From an uncultured Bacteroidales bacterium (GTDB lineage Bacteria; Bacteroidota; Bacteroidia; Bacteroidales; CAYVNP01): a stretch of DNA of 64,000 nt. The notes below the pieces were generated by a model. It ran no database searches, had not been told where the DNA came from, and saw only the letters and a program-made list of their open reading frames with translations. Positions 40,301 to 48,894 of the stretch are shown in pieces; position 1 is the first letter of the stretch; each line of letters opens with the position of its first letter. The translations under genes and the position numbers were made by a program. The stretch lies in contig CAYVNP010000002.1 of the NCBI GenBank assembly GCA_964452905.1, positions 53,357 to 117,356 of the forward strand, read 5' to 3'.

Positions 40301-41793
40301 TGACCAATTGCAACGATGATCTGATCAGCATCAATTTTTGTTAAATTGTTTGAATCATATTTTGGATTGAATCTTCCATTTTCATCAAAAACAGAAACAC
40401 ATTGTTTCAGTTCAATACCTTTAACAGAGCCATTTCCAAGAATTTTATTCGGACCCCATCCATTACGAATTGTTATGCCTTCTTTTTGTGTAGCTTCAAT
40501 TTCATCATCGTAAGCAGGCATTTCATTGAATTTTTCGAGTGAGATCAATTCCACTTTTTTCGCACCGAGACGGAGAGCAGTTCTCGCAACATCAACAGCC
40601 ACATTGCCTCCACCGATCACAATCACATTTCCATTTACCTTTGGTTTGTTTGTTTCTTCAACGGACTGTCGTAAAAACTCAACACCATAAAGTACTCCTG
40701 TCTTATCTTCGCCCTCAATACCAAGCTTTCTGCTAACATGAGCGCCTGCACTGACAAATAAAATATCATTTTCTTTTTTAAGATCATCAATCGTTTTATC
40801 CTTACCAATTGCATAATTATATAAGAAAGTAACACCTTTGCGACGTATCAGTTCAACTTCAAAATCAAGAATTTCTTTTGGCAATCTGTATTGTGGTATT
40901 CCATAAAGCAGCATCCCGCCAGCTGACGGGCGCGATTCATATACAGTAACAGCAAACCCTTTCTCTGCCAGATCACCAGCAGCAGTAAGACCTGCAGGAC
41001 CGGCTCCAATAATTGCAATTTTTTTGGCATTGGAAGCAGGTATTTTTTCTTCAGGTAATTTTAATTCGCCTGATTTATAAAGTTTCATTTCTTCATCCGA
41101 TGCAAAACGTTTTAGTTGACGAATCGCTACTGAAGAATCAACTTTATCACGTGTACAAACTGTTTCACAGGGAGCAGGACAAACACGTCCACAAATGGCT
41201 GACAGCGGATTCCGTTCCCTGATCAGATTCACCGCTTTAACATATTCACCTTTTTTAATTAATTGAATATATCCCTGTATATTGATGTTTGCAGGACATG
41301 TAACCTTGCAGGGTGCATGACCATTCTTGATTAGGTTAGGCATATTGGGAATCGCCTGTGCATAATATTTCTGTACAACTTTTCGTTTTCCTAGATCACG
41401 GTTAAATTTATCATCAATTTCAACAGGACAAGCTTTAGTGCAATCCCCGCAATCATTACAAATTTTTTCATTGATGTAGCGCGGAGATTTTTTAATTGTG
41501 ACTTTAAAATTACCAGGATCTCCTTCAATTTTTTCAACTTCTGAAAGGGTATGAATTTCAACATTCAGATTTCGTGCACATTCAACAAGCTTTGGAGAGA
41601 TAACACATATGGCACAGTCGCCTGTGGGAAAGGTTTTATCGAGGTGCGACATCATACCGCCGATAGTAGCCGAACGGTTGACCAGATGAACTTTATACCC
41701 TGAATTGGCAAGATCAATTGATGCCTGAACACCGGCAATACCACCACCCTGAACCAAAACAGCGCCTGTCATTTTTTTCTTATTCGAACTCAT
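37330..41793 (-). CDS. hdrA: 1487-aa HdrA-like fusion: HdrA copy 1 carrying an inserted GltD/NfnB-like NAD(P)H module, followed by a second HdrA-like copy
   Basis: aa 1-150 carry VQGGGIAGVQASIDLA and KTFPTGDCAICV plus the CNDCGDCTKACP cluster. aa ~155-565 are GltD-like (CPAPCETVC, IAIIGAGPAGLTAAGDL, GGMLLYGIPQYRLPK, VIGGGNVAVD, FAGGD). aa ~625-900 are the HdrA remainder (CMNCAQCSECMECVTAC, IQCVGSRD...YCSSICC). aa ~928-1487 form a second HdrA (VFVCHCGINIAG, VIGGGVSGMTAAL, IQCVGSRNDEKPYCSRICC, C-terminal 2x CxxCxxCxxxCP). Confidence 0.85.
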   Translation of the reverse strand: MSSNKKKMTGAVLVQGGGIAGVQASIDLANSGYKVHLVNRSATIGGMMSHLDKTFPTGDCAICVISPKLVECARNLNVEIHTLSEVEKIEGDPGNFKVTIKKSPRYINEKICNDCGDCTKACPVEIDDKFNRDLGKRKVVQKYYAQAIPNMPNLIKNGHAPCKVTCPANINIQGYIQLIKKGEYVKAVNLIRERNPLSAICGRVCPAPCETVCTRDKVDSSVAIRQLKRFASDEEMKLYKSGELKLPEEKIPASNAKKIAIIGAGPAGLTAAGDLAEKGFAVTVYESRPSAGGMLLYGIPQYRLPKEILDFEVELIRRKGVTFLYNYAIGKDKTIDDLKKENDILFVSAGAHVSRKLGIEGEDKTGVLYGVEFLRQSVEETNKPKVNGNVIVIGGGNVAVDVARTALRLGAKKVELISLEKFNEMPAYDDEIEATQKEGITIRNGWGPNKILGNGSVKGIELKQCVSVFDENGRFNPKYDSNNLTKIDADQIIVAIGQMVDVELTKHLGIDIERGCFKADKITLQTSDKNIFAGGDNASGPSSVIEAVAAGKRAAESIEKYLKGEDMLADRFESSINPVPEELLPSVKNVEKKKRAKANELTANERVNNFNEIEFPFSLEDAIAEAERCMNCAQCSECMECVTACEKKAIDHSMKEQFVELEVGSVILTPGFDEFDAEEKGEYGFNRYKNVMTSVQFERMLSAAGPYSGHVVRRDDGKEAKRIAWIQCVGSRDSKCGNDYCSSICCMATTKQAMIASEHLHGMQGTIFNMDIRAHGKDFDQYYERARAMDNIEFIKSIPSRIIQMPSSNDLKVGFIKPGGRYMEQEFDLVVLAVGLDPKISVTDSIKKLGIQTNRFGFADTNRLNPLATSREGIYVGGAFQEPKDIPETVMQASAAASMSMELLASVKNTMITSKEYPNEHDVSDEEARVGVFVCHCGINIAGTVDVEKVTESIRNEKGVVLASHTMYTCADASLSNIKDQIIQHRLNRVVVASCTPRTHEPIFRDTLREAGLNPYLFDLANIRDQCSWVHSSEPEKATEKATELVKMSIARARNLSPLEGERIPILQNGIVIGGGVSGMTAALSLAEQGFDVELIEKSDKLGGNLDLIDSTLETSDLSVFKTELIEKVKTHRNIDVHLNTTLEGVSGHIGHFTLKTLKENKKKEFSCGAIIIATGGKPAVAKDFSYGTVKNIMTQVELERKLSENKPAKKDQSYVMIQCVGSRNDEKPYCSRICCSMAVNNALKIKALNPDATVYILNRDIRTYGFRELYYKQAREAGVVFIRYEKDQPPVVSDMDGVLSSVTVNSPDFPEPIIIETDHLVLSTGIDANEDNAKISNMLKVPLNANGYYVEAHMKLRPVDFATEGLFLCGLAHSPKMIDENISQGRAAAARAATILSKTHLEVGVQVSTVNQDKCISCMTCVKACPYGAPFCNYDHKAEVASAKCMGCGICASECPARAIQVSHFRSDHFKIMIDKLFNIEETVTI

Positions 41794-41811
41794 AACTATT
41801 TTAAGCTTAAA

Positions 41812-42684
41812 TTAAACAGTCTTTTTAACAAAATCAATGATAGGTTTTGGAGAGATCACACATTTATCCATACCTAATTTTTCTGGAGATATGCCGAGAC
41901 ATAAACCTAACAACTGCGTGATATATACAATCGGTAATTGATGCGCAGTTCCTTTGACCTTATTGATATCACTCTGACGCATATCGAGATTTATCTGGCA
42001 CATCGGGCAGGCAACTGCAATGCATTGCGCTCCGGACTCTTCAGCCATATCCATGATTGAATTGGAAAGTTCAACAACAATATCCGTTCTCGAAAGCGCG
42101 AATCCACCACCGCAGCATTCTGTTTTATGAGGCCAGTCGAGACTTTCACCACCCATGATGGTAACCAGACTATCCATGATGGTTGGATTTTCAGGATTAT
42201 CAAAGTTCGTTACATCTGCCGGACGTACCAATAAACAACCATAGTAATTAGCTACTTTCAGCCCATCCAACGTATGCGTAAAAGATTCATGTAATTTTTT
42301 GATACCGATTTTTTTGATCAACACTTCAACAAAATGAAGTACATTCACGGAGCCGTCATAATCTTCACCCAATGCATCAGCTACTTCTTTACGGATTGCA
42401 GGATTCGTTCGTATTTCATGATTAGCCACTTTCATCCGATTATAGCAGGCAGCACAAAAAACGACCATATCCTGTCCTGTTTTTTTCACCATCAGCAAAT
42501 TAGCTGCAGGTAAAGCAATAGAAAGCAACCGGTCAGTATGGTGTGCCGGTGTTGAACCACAGCAAGTCCATCCTTTCGGTTCAATCAACTCGATGCCAAG
42601 CGCTTTTGCAACCTCAACTGTGGACATGTGCTGATCCTGAGCGGTTGATTCGGCTGAACATCCCGGGAAATATGCGTATTTCAT
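41812..42684 (-). CDS. hdrB: HdrB-like heterodisulfide reductase subunit B (two CCG domains)
   Basis: MKYAYFPGCS with CCG motifs WTCCGS and TECCGGG. The start is taken at ATG 42684. The ORF-track start at 42690 is a TTG. Confidence 0.9.
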   Translation of the reverse strand: MKYAYFPGCSAESTAQDQHMSTVEVAKALGIELIEPKGWTCCGSTPAHHTDRLLSIALPAANLLMVKKTGQDMVVFCAACYNRMKVANHEIRTNPAIRKEVADALGEDYDGSVNVLHFVEVLIKKIGIKKLHESFTHTLDGLKVANYYGCLLVRPADVTNFDNPENPTIMDSLVTIMGGESLDWPHKTECCGGGFALSRTDIVVELSNSIMDMAEESGAQCIAVACPMCQINLDMRQSDINKVKGTAHQLPIVYITQLLGLCLGISPEKLGMDKCVISPKPIIDFVKKTV

Positions 42685-42686
42685 AA

Positions 42687-43247
42687 TCAATTTACTTTGT
42701 GATTAACTTTATCAAATATTCTTTTTATATATGTTTTATCTGCTTTCATTGTGGGAATCAAAGCAATCTTTCCTTTTTTCAACATCATCGGAAATTTATC
42801 CGTATCCTGTAGATACGATGAAGTACCAACTTTATAAGCTGCAATCATTCCCAAATCATATGTTCGACCGAACATCTGTACTGTTTTCAAAAATGATTTA
42901 TTGAATAATGGAACATTTCCTTTTTGTGGCTTGGCTTTTTTCAACAAAGCCATTTTACGAAGTGCATCCATCACTGCAGCCATGTCAATCTTCATCGGAC
43001 AACGTGAATAACAAGTTTCGCAGGATGCACACATCCAGATCAGATCAGCATTGAAAATGGTATCATGGGTATTGAATTGTATTCTTCGAATAACTTCGGC
43101 CGGATGAATCTTTGCAAGAGCAGTTACAGGGCATCCGTTGGAGCATTTTTTACATTGTAAACAAGCGCTGACATCCACTCCCGAAATTTTCTTAACAGTG
43201 TTAAGCAATGTTTCAACTTGCCTGTTTTTTCTAACAATTATCGACAT
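42687..43247 (-). CDS. hdrC: HdrC-like 4Fe-4S dicluster subunit
   Basis: Two ferredoxin motifs, CLQCKKCSNGCP and CASCETCYSRCP. The size and the position before hdrB fit HdrC. Confidence 0.85.
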   Translation of the reverse strand: MSIIVRKNRQVETLLNTVKKISGVDVSACLQCKKCSNGCPVTALAKIHPAEVIRRIQFNTHDTIFNADLIWMCASCETCYSRCPMKIDMAAVMDALRKMALLKKAKPQKGNVPLFNKSFLKTVQMFGRTYDLGMIAAYKVGTSSYLQDTDKFPMMLKKGKIALIPTMKADKTYIKRIFDKVNHKVN

Positions 43248-43264
43248 ATGTTATAAATATAGAA

Positions 43265-45928
43265 TTATAATTTTGTTTCTTCTTCAGCCAATTCCTTGAT
43301 GGCATTGTCTTCATCAAATACTTCTTCTTCTGGAGTAGCATGAGCGCCTTCCACGATCGGAGCAACTTTACGGTATACCTTCAACGGATTCATTTTAACA
43401 CCATCCACTGTCAACAGTTCATCAACGGTTATCCCAAAAAGTTTTTCATTCTCTTTCAGGTATGGTAGGATCAACTCCCAGTCTTTTTCTGTTAAAGGAT
43501 AGAATTTACAGCCGTTCAATTGTTGTGAAACCATGGTACGATGAGGATCCCTGATAAATGCAGCACCCCCTGAAGCCAACGAAAACAGGTTACTGCCGGG
43601 ATATGGCTCTGATAATGGAACGACCTGACCTTCTTCATTAATTCTAATACCATTCACTACTACGAAACCGCCTTTATTATGCGGATCACCAGCCATGAAT
43701 GACTCACCGAGAAAATCAAGTGCTGTACCATTGATAATAATCTTTGGTTTACCAACGGAATTGATCATCGGACGACCGGCTGCATTTCCTTTGACAAAGA
43801 TAGAACCGCCTTTCGCACCATATAAAAAGGTTTGCCCAACATCACCATGAATGACCAGCTTACCATCTTTAATAATCTGCCCTAACTGATCCTGTGCATT
43901 GCCATGAACAGTTATATTTATTCCATCAATTCCAGAACCAAGATAATCACCAGCGCTATCATATACATCAATTACAACATCTTTTGTCCCAGGACCTAAA
44001 CCACAACCCACATAACGTTGACCAGCACAATTAAAAACAATAAAATTTTTCCAGCCCAGATGAAATGCTTTGACTAAATACGTTGCATCACATTCATCTC
44101 CTTCAGGAGGGAACAAACCTGCATCAATGACCAGAATTTTTTCATTTTCTTCAGGTTTGCGTAAACTCTTTCTGGTTTCAAAATCTATTAAACGATAAAA
44201 TCCATCAGGTATTGAAGGAGAATTCAGTTTATAAATTTGTTTAAAAAGTTTATTTAATTCCATCCGAATAATATGCAGAATATGACTTCTTCTTTTTAAT
44301 CCGGTAGGGTAATGCATATCATTCAGTAATGTAAGTGCATTAATTGCATAGGCTGTTAGCTCTGTGTTTTTTGCTAATTCAGCAATCTTTCTGCATGAAA
44401 TAATTAGTTCGTCAAAAGACCATGAAGGAATATTATTTTTAACATAGTCAAAAAGAGATTTCTTTTCATCTGCCAGTGTCAAAATATTTTTTTCTATTTC
44501 ATCTTTTTTTGAAGATGTACTATTTTCTTTTGAAAAATCACAACTCTCTTTTTTATCGGTAATATGAACTGCTGCACCAAATTTATCTTTACATTCCAAA
44601 TGATAGTTTCCGTTTGTATCCGGTACAATATCAAACAGGAATGAACCTCCATCGGAATGGCTTCCACCGCGGGCATTCCAATATTTATCAGCTACAGGGC
44701 AAATTCGTTTGTCGTCTTTTGCCAGACTGAACAAAGTTGCATCAATAGCTTGTTTTTCCGACCCGATCAACCCTACCTGCACCTCACCATCAACAAAAGC
44801 AAAGACTTGCGGGCGTAACATGGCTGTATCTGTAATTCCCAATAATTGGAACTTACCGTTTTCAATCAAGTTACGTGCAATTATAAAAAACCAGGGACCA
44901 TCAGGTGAACCATGAATATGGGTTGCCTGAATGGCGCGATATATTTTTTGTTTCTCCTCAGGCAACCTGTCAAAATCAAGTTCAGTCGTTGGTGCAAGAG
45001 CTTCAATAATATATTCAAGAGGATATTTATAATTTCTTGAAAGAAGATCGAACATCAATGCAGATACTTCGGTATCTGTAATGAATTGAGGAAATATATT
45101 CCGTTGTTTTAAATATTCAGAAACAGAATGATAATTAGCAAAGTCGCCGTTGTGCACTAAAGCCATATTCATAGACGTGAACGGATGTGCACCACCGGGA
45201 TGCCACACACGTCCGCGGGTAGGATATCGTTGATGTGCAATCCACACATGTGCACAAAGATCATTTATTTTATAATATTGAGTAACTGCTTCGGCAAAGC
45301 CGACCACTTTTAAAATCATAATATTTCGTCCGTGCGACATCACGAAAGCCATTTGTTTCGGTGGGGCAACATAAAATTCATGATTTAAACGAATACTGTT
45401 CTGATTGACAAATTCATCTTCTGCATCTCTTTTATCAAGAGATTCAAAACCATGTTCAGAGACAAATTTGTCGAGTATATTTTTTTTCACCCTTACAAAA
45501 TACCGGAACACATCAGGTGGTTTAACGGCAAGACCGGGGACAGAAGTCCAATCGTCAACCGTATCCAGTTTCGTGGTTTTATGAACATCAAAAAATGAAA
45601 GGATAAACTTTTCTTCAACCTTTGAACGGCTATCAGGATCAAGATAGGCAATATGCAGCATATAATGATCTTCAAGAATTTCTTTGGTAACTCCGAGTTG
45701 TTCGGGAATAAAACCGACGGCAGCAATACCACCTCCTTTACCGTTCCCACGATTATGCATCAAACGGGACGGTTCATAAATATGTTTTCCGGGAACCGGC
45801 TTGGTACAACAAAATCCGATCACACCGCAACCGCCTTCAGCTTCCATACCTTTGGAGCTAATGGTCATAGCAGTTTCATCTGCTAATTTTCTTTTTGATT
45901 TTACAATATTTTCTATTGGATTGTTCAT
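43265..45928 (-). CDS. Glutamate-synthase-like fusion: class-II (Ntn) glutamine amidotransferase domain plus C-terminal GXGXG domain (GltB domains 1 and 3)
   Basis: GGCGVIGF with the nucleophile Cys at residue 34, HNRGNGKGGGIA and HQRYPTRG (GATase-II blocks). The C-terminus has GXGXG repeats: SAGDYLGSGIDG..ITVHGNAQDQLGQIIKDGKLVIHGDVGQTFLYGAKGGSIFVKGNAAGRP. The true start may be an internal Met at residue 21 or 28. Confidence 0.8.
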   Translation of the reverse strand: MNNPIENIVKSKRKLADETAMTISSKGMEAEGGCGVIGFCCTKPVPGKHIYEPSRLMHNRGNGKGGGIAAVGFIPEQLGVTKEILEDHYMLHIAYLDPDSRSKVEEKFILSFFDVHKTTKLDTVDDWTSVPGLAVKPPDVFRYFVRVKKNILDKFVSEHGFESLDKRDAEDEFVNQNSIRLNHEFYVAPPKQMAFVMSHGRNIMILKVVGFAEAVTQYYKINDLCAHVWIAHQRYPTRGRVWHPGGAHPFTSMNMALVHNGDFANYHSVSEYLKQRNIFPQFITDTEVSALMFDLLSRNYKYPLEYIIEALAPTTELDFDRLPEEKQKIYRAIQATHIHGSPDGPWFFIIARNLIENGKFQLLGITDTAMLRPQVFAFVDGEVQVGLIGSEKQAIDATLFSLAKDDKRICPVADKYWNARGGSHSDGGSFLFDIVPDTNGNYHLECKDKFGAAVHITDKKESCDFSKENSTSSKKDEIEKNILTLADEKKSLFDYVKNNIPSWSFDELIISCRKIAELAKNTELTAYAINALTLLNDMHYPTGLKRRSHILHIIRMELNKLFKQIYKLNSPSIPDGFYRLIDFETRKSLRKPEENEKILVIDAGLFPPEGDECDATYLVKAFHLGWKNFIVFNCAGQRYVGCGLGPGTKDVVIDVYDSAGDYLGSGIDGINITVHGNAQDQLGQIIKDGKLVIHGDVGQTFLYGAKGGSIFVKGNAAGRPMINSVGKPKIIINGTALDFLGESFMAGDPHNKGGFVVVNGIRINEEGQVVPLSEPYPGSNLFSLASGGAAFIRDPHRTMVSQQLNGCKFYPLTEKDWELILPYLKENEKLFGITVDELLTVDGVKMNPLKVYRKVAPIVEGAHATPEEEVFDEDNAIKELAEEETKL

Positions 45929-45936
45929 GCAAACAA

Positions 45937-47502
45937 TTACTTTTTTGAAATGTCTAAATGGATCAATAAATCATGACGTCCGCGTAAATCTTTAATACTT
46001 TTCAAACCCAGACGTTTAAGTATATCTTTTATACCTATAGCCCAAGCATTATACATGTTGATCAATCGCTGTGTACCCCAATCAAGATTCATTTGGGTAA
46101 TCAATCCCTGATCCGTTGTTGCAATACCTCTTGGGCAGCCGCGGCCACTCGAACAACGACTGCAGCGCAAACAACTGAGAGCGATCATTTCGGCAGTGCC
46201 AATGACAACACCGTCAGCGCCTAAAGCAATTGCTTTAGCTATATCAAAATAATTACGAATGCCGCCGCTGGCAATGAGTGTAACCGTATCACGCGCTCCT
46301 TCGGTAACAAGGAAATTATGCACTTTCGGAATTGCGTAATCAATCGGCATTGCTATATTCTTCTTGGCAATGTCCGGTGCTGCACCAGTACCGCCATATC
46401 CACCGTCAATATGAATAATGTGTGTACCTGCATAATAACTTCCCACTGCAACCATATCTACATCCGTGGGTGTAGAAACCTTTGTAGAAACCAATGTTCT
46501 GGGATTAATATGTTTGATCCAGTCAATATGTTTCATATGATCTTCAATTGAATATACACTATGAAACGGGAAAGGAGAAAACAACGGAATACCTTGAACA
46601 GCTTCACGCATTTTAGAAACAGCAGACGTATTTTTGGAACCAAGCAAGTGCCCGCCCAGACCGGGTTTAGCGCCTTGTGCATATTTAAATTCAACGATCG
46701 GAACACGTTGAATAGTTTCTTCACGCACACCGAAAAGACCTGTGGCTACCTGTGTTATCATATGATCATCATAAGGTCTCAATCGTTCCATATAACCGCC
46801 TTCACCTGAACAGGAAAAAGTATTCCATGCCGTAGCTGCACGAACTTTTGAAAGCTGTGTTACATTGCTGATGGAGCCGAACGACATTCCCCCACCATAC
46901 CAGGGTACATCAATTTTAATATTTGGTCTGCCGTCATTTCTTTTATTCAGATCCAAGCTGATATCAATTTCATCATCTGAAACTTTTTGTGGATTATCCG
47001 GAAATACAAAACGGATGCGGTCAAAACCACCACCTGAATTTCCGGTTTCATATTCAAAATCATAATCATCAGGAACGGTATTACCTGTTTCAGCCATGTA
47101 CCATGTTGCAAGCATCATATCGGAAGGCCAGCGGTTATCACCCAGTGCTTCCATCATCGGGTTCTTAACCATACGCAATGCACCGGACGGACATTTTGTT
47201 ACACAAAAACATTCTGTCTTTTCACATATAGCGCCATTGCATTTATAACTCAAGGGGGAAGCAAAAAGTTTATATCCCGGCTTCATCACATGAACTCCTT
47301 TCGGGCAGGTCTTCACACAATTACCGCAGAGTGTGCATTTTTCCTCATCACGGTAGATCATGTATTTTGCAATTTCATTGCGATACCTTGACGGAGCTTC
47401 AATAATCGTACGTTCAACAATAGTTTGCGGAACACGTGTCTTCATTGTGTTCGCAGGAAGAATACCTTCCAGATTCATTTTATTTTCCAAAGATTGGCTC
47501 AT
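45937..47502 (-). CDS. Glutamate-synthase FMN-binding domain protein (GltB domain 2) with an N-terminal ferredoxin-like region
   Basis: CTLCGNCVKTCP, then canonical GltB FMN-domain blocks GGGMSFGSIS, SGEGG, KYAQGAKPGLGGHL, IDGGYGGTGAAP, ASGGIRN, and the cluster region LSCLRCSRCSSGRGCPRGIATTD. The start is uncertain (ATG 47502 or 47478). The ORF-track start at 47586 would overlap the upstream gene by 107 nt. Confidence 0.85.
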   Translation of the reverse strand: MSQSLENKMNLEGILPANTMKTRVPQTIVERTIIEAPSRYRNEIAKYMIYRDEEKCTLCGNCVKTCPKGVHVMKPGYKLFASPLSYKCNGAICEKTECFCVTKCPSGALRMVKNPMMEALGDNRWPSDMMLATWYMAETGNTVPDDYDFEYETGNSGGGFDRIRFVFPDNPQKVSDDEIDISLDLNKRNDGRPNIKIDVPWYGGGMSFGSISNVTQLSKVRAATAWNTFSCSGEGGYMERLRPYDDHMITQVATGLFGVREETIQRVPIVEFKYAQGAKPGLGGHLLGSKNTSAVSKMREAVQGIPLFSPFPFHSVYSIEDHMKHIDWIKHINPRTLVSTKVSTPTDVDMVAVGSYYAGTHIIHIDGGYGGTGAAPDIAKKNIAMPIDYAIPKVHNFLVTEGARDTVTLIASGGIRNYFDIAKAIALGADGVVIGTAEMIALSCLRCSRCSSGRGCPRGIATTDQGLITQMNLDWGTQRLINMYNAWAIGIKDILKRLGLKSIKDLRGRHDLLIHLDISKK

Positions 47503-48883
47503 ATATTTCTTTCTCAAGTTCGTCATTAAACATCGCACGTCCAACATCACCACGTAAACGCCTTGCTTCACGCATTCCCATAGCACCCATTAATTCTACC
47601 ATTTGAAGATGCCATGAACTCATCAGATTAACCATGCGTCCGACAGCATATTTGAAATCAAGCGGTTTGTCAAGCATTACAGGACAATAATCACCCGGTT
47701 TACATGTACCACACAATTTACATTCAACAGCGATCATCATGGGGATGTCAACAGACACAAGGTCAGTACCACAAATAATCGCTTTGGCAACATGTTCAGA
47801 TAAACCAATCCCACCGCCAGCAATCAACGTGATAAGATCTCGTTTTTCATTCCTGATCAGGTTCCCATGTATTTCACGAATTATATCTTTTATAAAACGT
47901 GGATTGTTTGTACCTATCTCATTCCCATTTTTATCAGCAACAATATGGATGACTTCAATATTATTGATACGTGAAAGTATATCAACACGATTAGGTCCTT
48001 CTGAATTCAACGAAACTCTCACAGAAATTATCAAATCAGGATGAGCTTTTTTTAAATAATTTATTTTTTGTTCAACATTGACACCGTCAGGAATTTCAAC
48101 CATTCTGGTTTTTTTCAGTGTTTCTTTATCAATTTCTGGTCCATCCGGATTGAGATAAAAAATTATACTATTCAAATAATTTTCTTTATGATCAACTTTT
48201 AATTCCTTCCATTTTTTTGAATCAATGATTGCCATTAATCCAGTTTGTTTAGCGGTTTCGAGAATATATGGTTCTAAAAATGGAAGTAAGTGTTCCTGTG
48301 ACTGCATATCAAAAATTACCGGAAAAGGAAGTGAAATTAAAGGAGGCAGAACAGTATCCAATGTATTATTCTTAATTGTCAGGTAAGATGGTTTACGACC
48401 GATATCCACTGAAGTACTAATATATTCACGACCATGAATACCATCCCTTGTAGGACGAACTATCTCTGACATATCCGTCCACATGGAATCAAATCCATGA
48501 CCGGAAAATTTACCTCTATACCCTGCGCCTGAGACCGGCACTTTGCCTGTTTCAGCTTCAAGCCATGTTGTTCTAAAAATGGGCGGAGTCCAGTATTCAT
48601 TTCCAAGATTAAGGTATTCGGAATTAACTGACATCGTTAAAAGATTTTTAGTACAATTCTGAACACAGGAAAAACAGCCCATACATTCATAATATAATGT
48701 ATGAACACTGTCTAAATCTCGAATAAATGAATTCTCTTCTCTGTAACGGTCGTATATACAAGATTTTTTAACACAGTTGTGACAACGTGCACAATCCTCA
48801 CGCCAATCAACAACACCGTATTTGCCTATTTGCGGCAATCTGGATTTAACCTGGGAAGATTTAATATGATATTTTTCGGGCAT
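47480..48883 (-). CDS. Divergent paralog of the GltB FMN-domain protein with an N-terminal 2x[4Fe-4S]-like motif
   Basis: CARCHNCVKKSC and CMGCFSCVQNC lie at the N-terminus. The C-terminus LIAGGGIGLSEHVAKAIICGTDLVSVD...CKLCGTCKPGDYCP aligns by eye with the ASGGIRN...CLRCSRC...CP end of the neighbouring ORF. The GGMSFGS, GEGG, QGAKPGxGG and DGGxGGTGA blocks are absent. Confidence 0.6.
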   Translation of the reverse strand: MPEKYHIKSSQVKSRLPQIGKYGVVDWREDCARCHNCVKKSCIYDRYREENSFIRDLDSVHTLYYECMGCFSCVQNCTKNLLTMSVNSEYLNLGNEYWTPPIFRTTWLEAETGKVPVSGAGYRGKFSGHGFDSMWTDMSEIVRPTRDGIHGREYISTSVDIGRKPSYLTIKNNTLDTVLPPLISLPFPVIFDMQSQEHLLPFLEPYILETAKQTGLMAIIDSKKWKELKVDHKENYLNSIIFYLNPDGPEIDKETLKKTRMVEIPDGVNVEQKINYLKKAHPDLIISVRVSLNSEGPNRVDILSRINNIEVIHIVADKNGNEIGTNNPRFIKDIIREIHGNLIRNEKRDLITLIAGGGIGLSEHVAKAIICGTDLVSVDIPMMIAVECKLCGTCKPGDYCPVMLDKPLDFKYAVGRMVNLMSSWHLQMVELMGAMGMREARRLRGDVGRAMFNDELEKEIYEPIFGK

Positions 48884-48894
48884 AAATATTTTTT

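Noticed and set aside
36877-41793. The HdrA and MvhD genes might use selenocysteine (in-frame TGA), as in some sulfate reducers and methanogens.
   Set aside because: Both ORFs are uninterrupted, and Cys codons occupy the conserved positions. There is no in-frame TGA to recode.
47503-47586. The ORF-track start at 47586 for the GltB-FMN gene implies a 107-nt overlap with the upstream gene.
   Set aside because: The extra N-terminal 28 residues (MLWECVKQGVYVVMLDVRCLMTNLRKKY) look like read-through of the upstream gene's 3' end in another frame. Internal ATGs at 47502 or 47478 give compact spacing like the rest of the operon.
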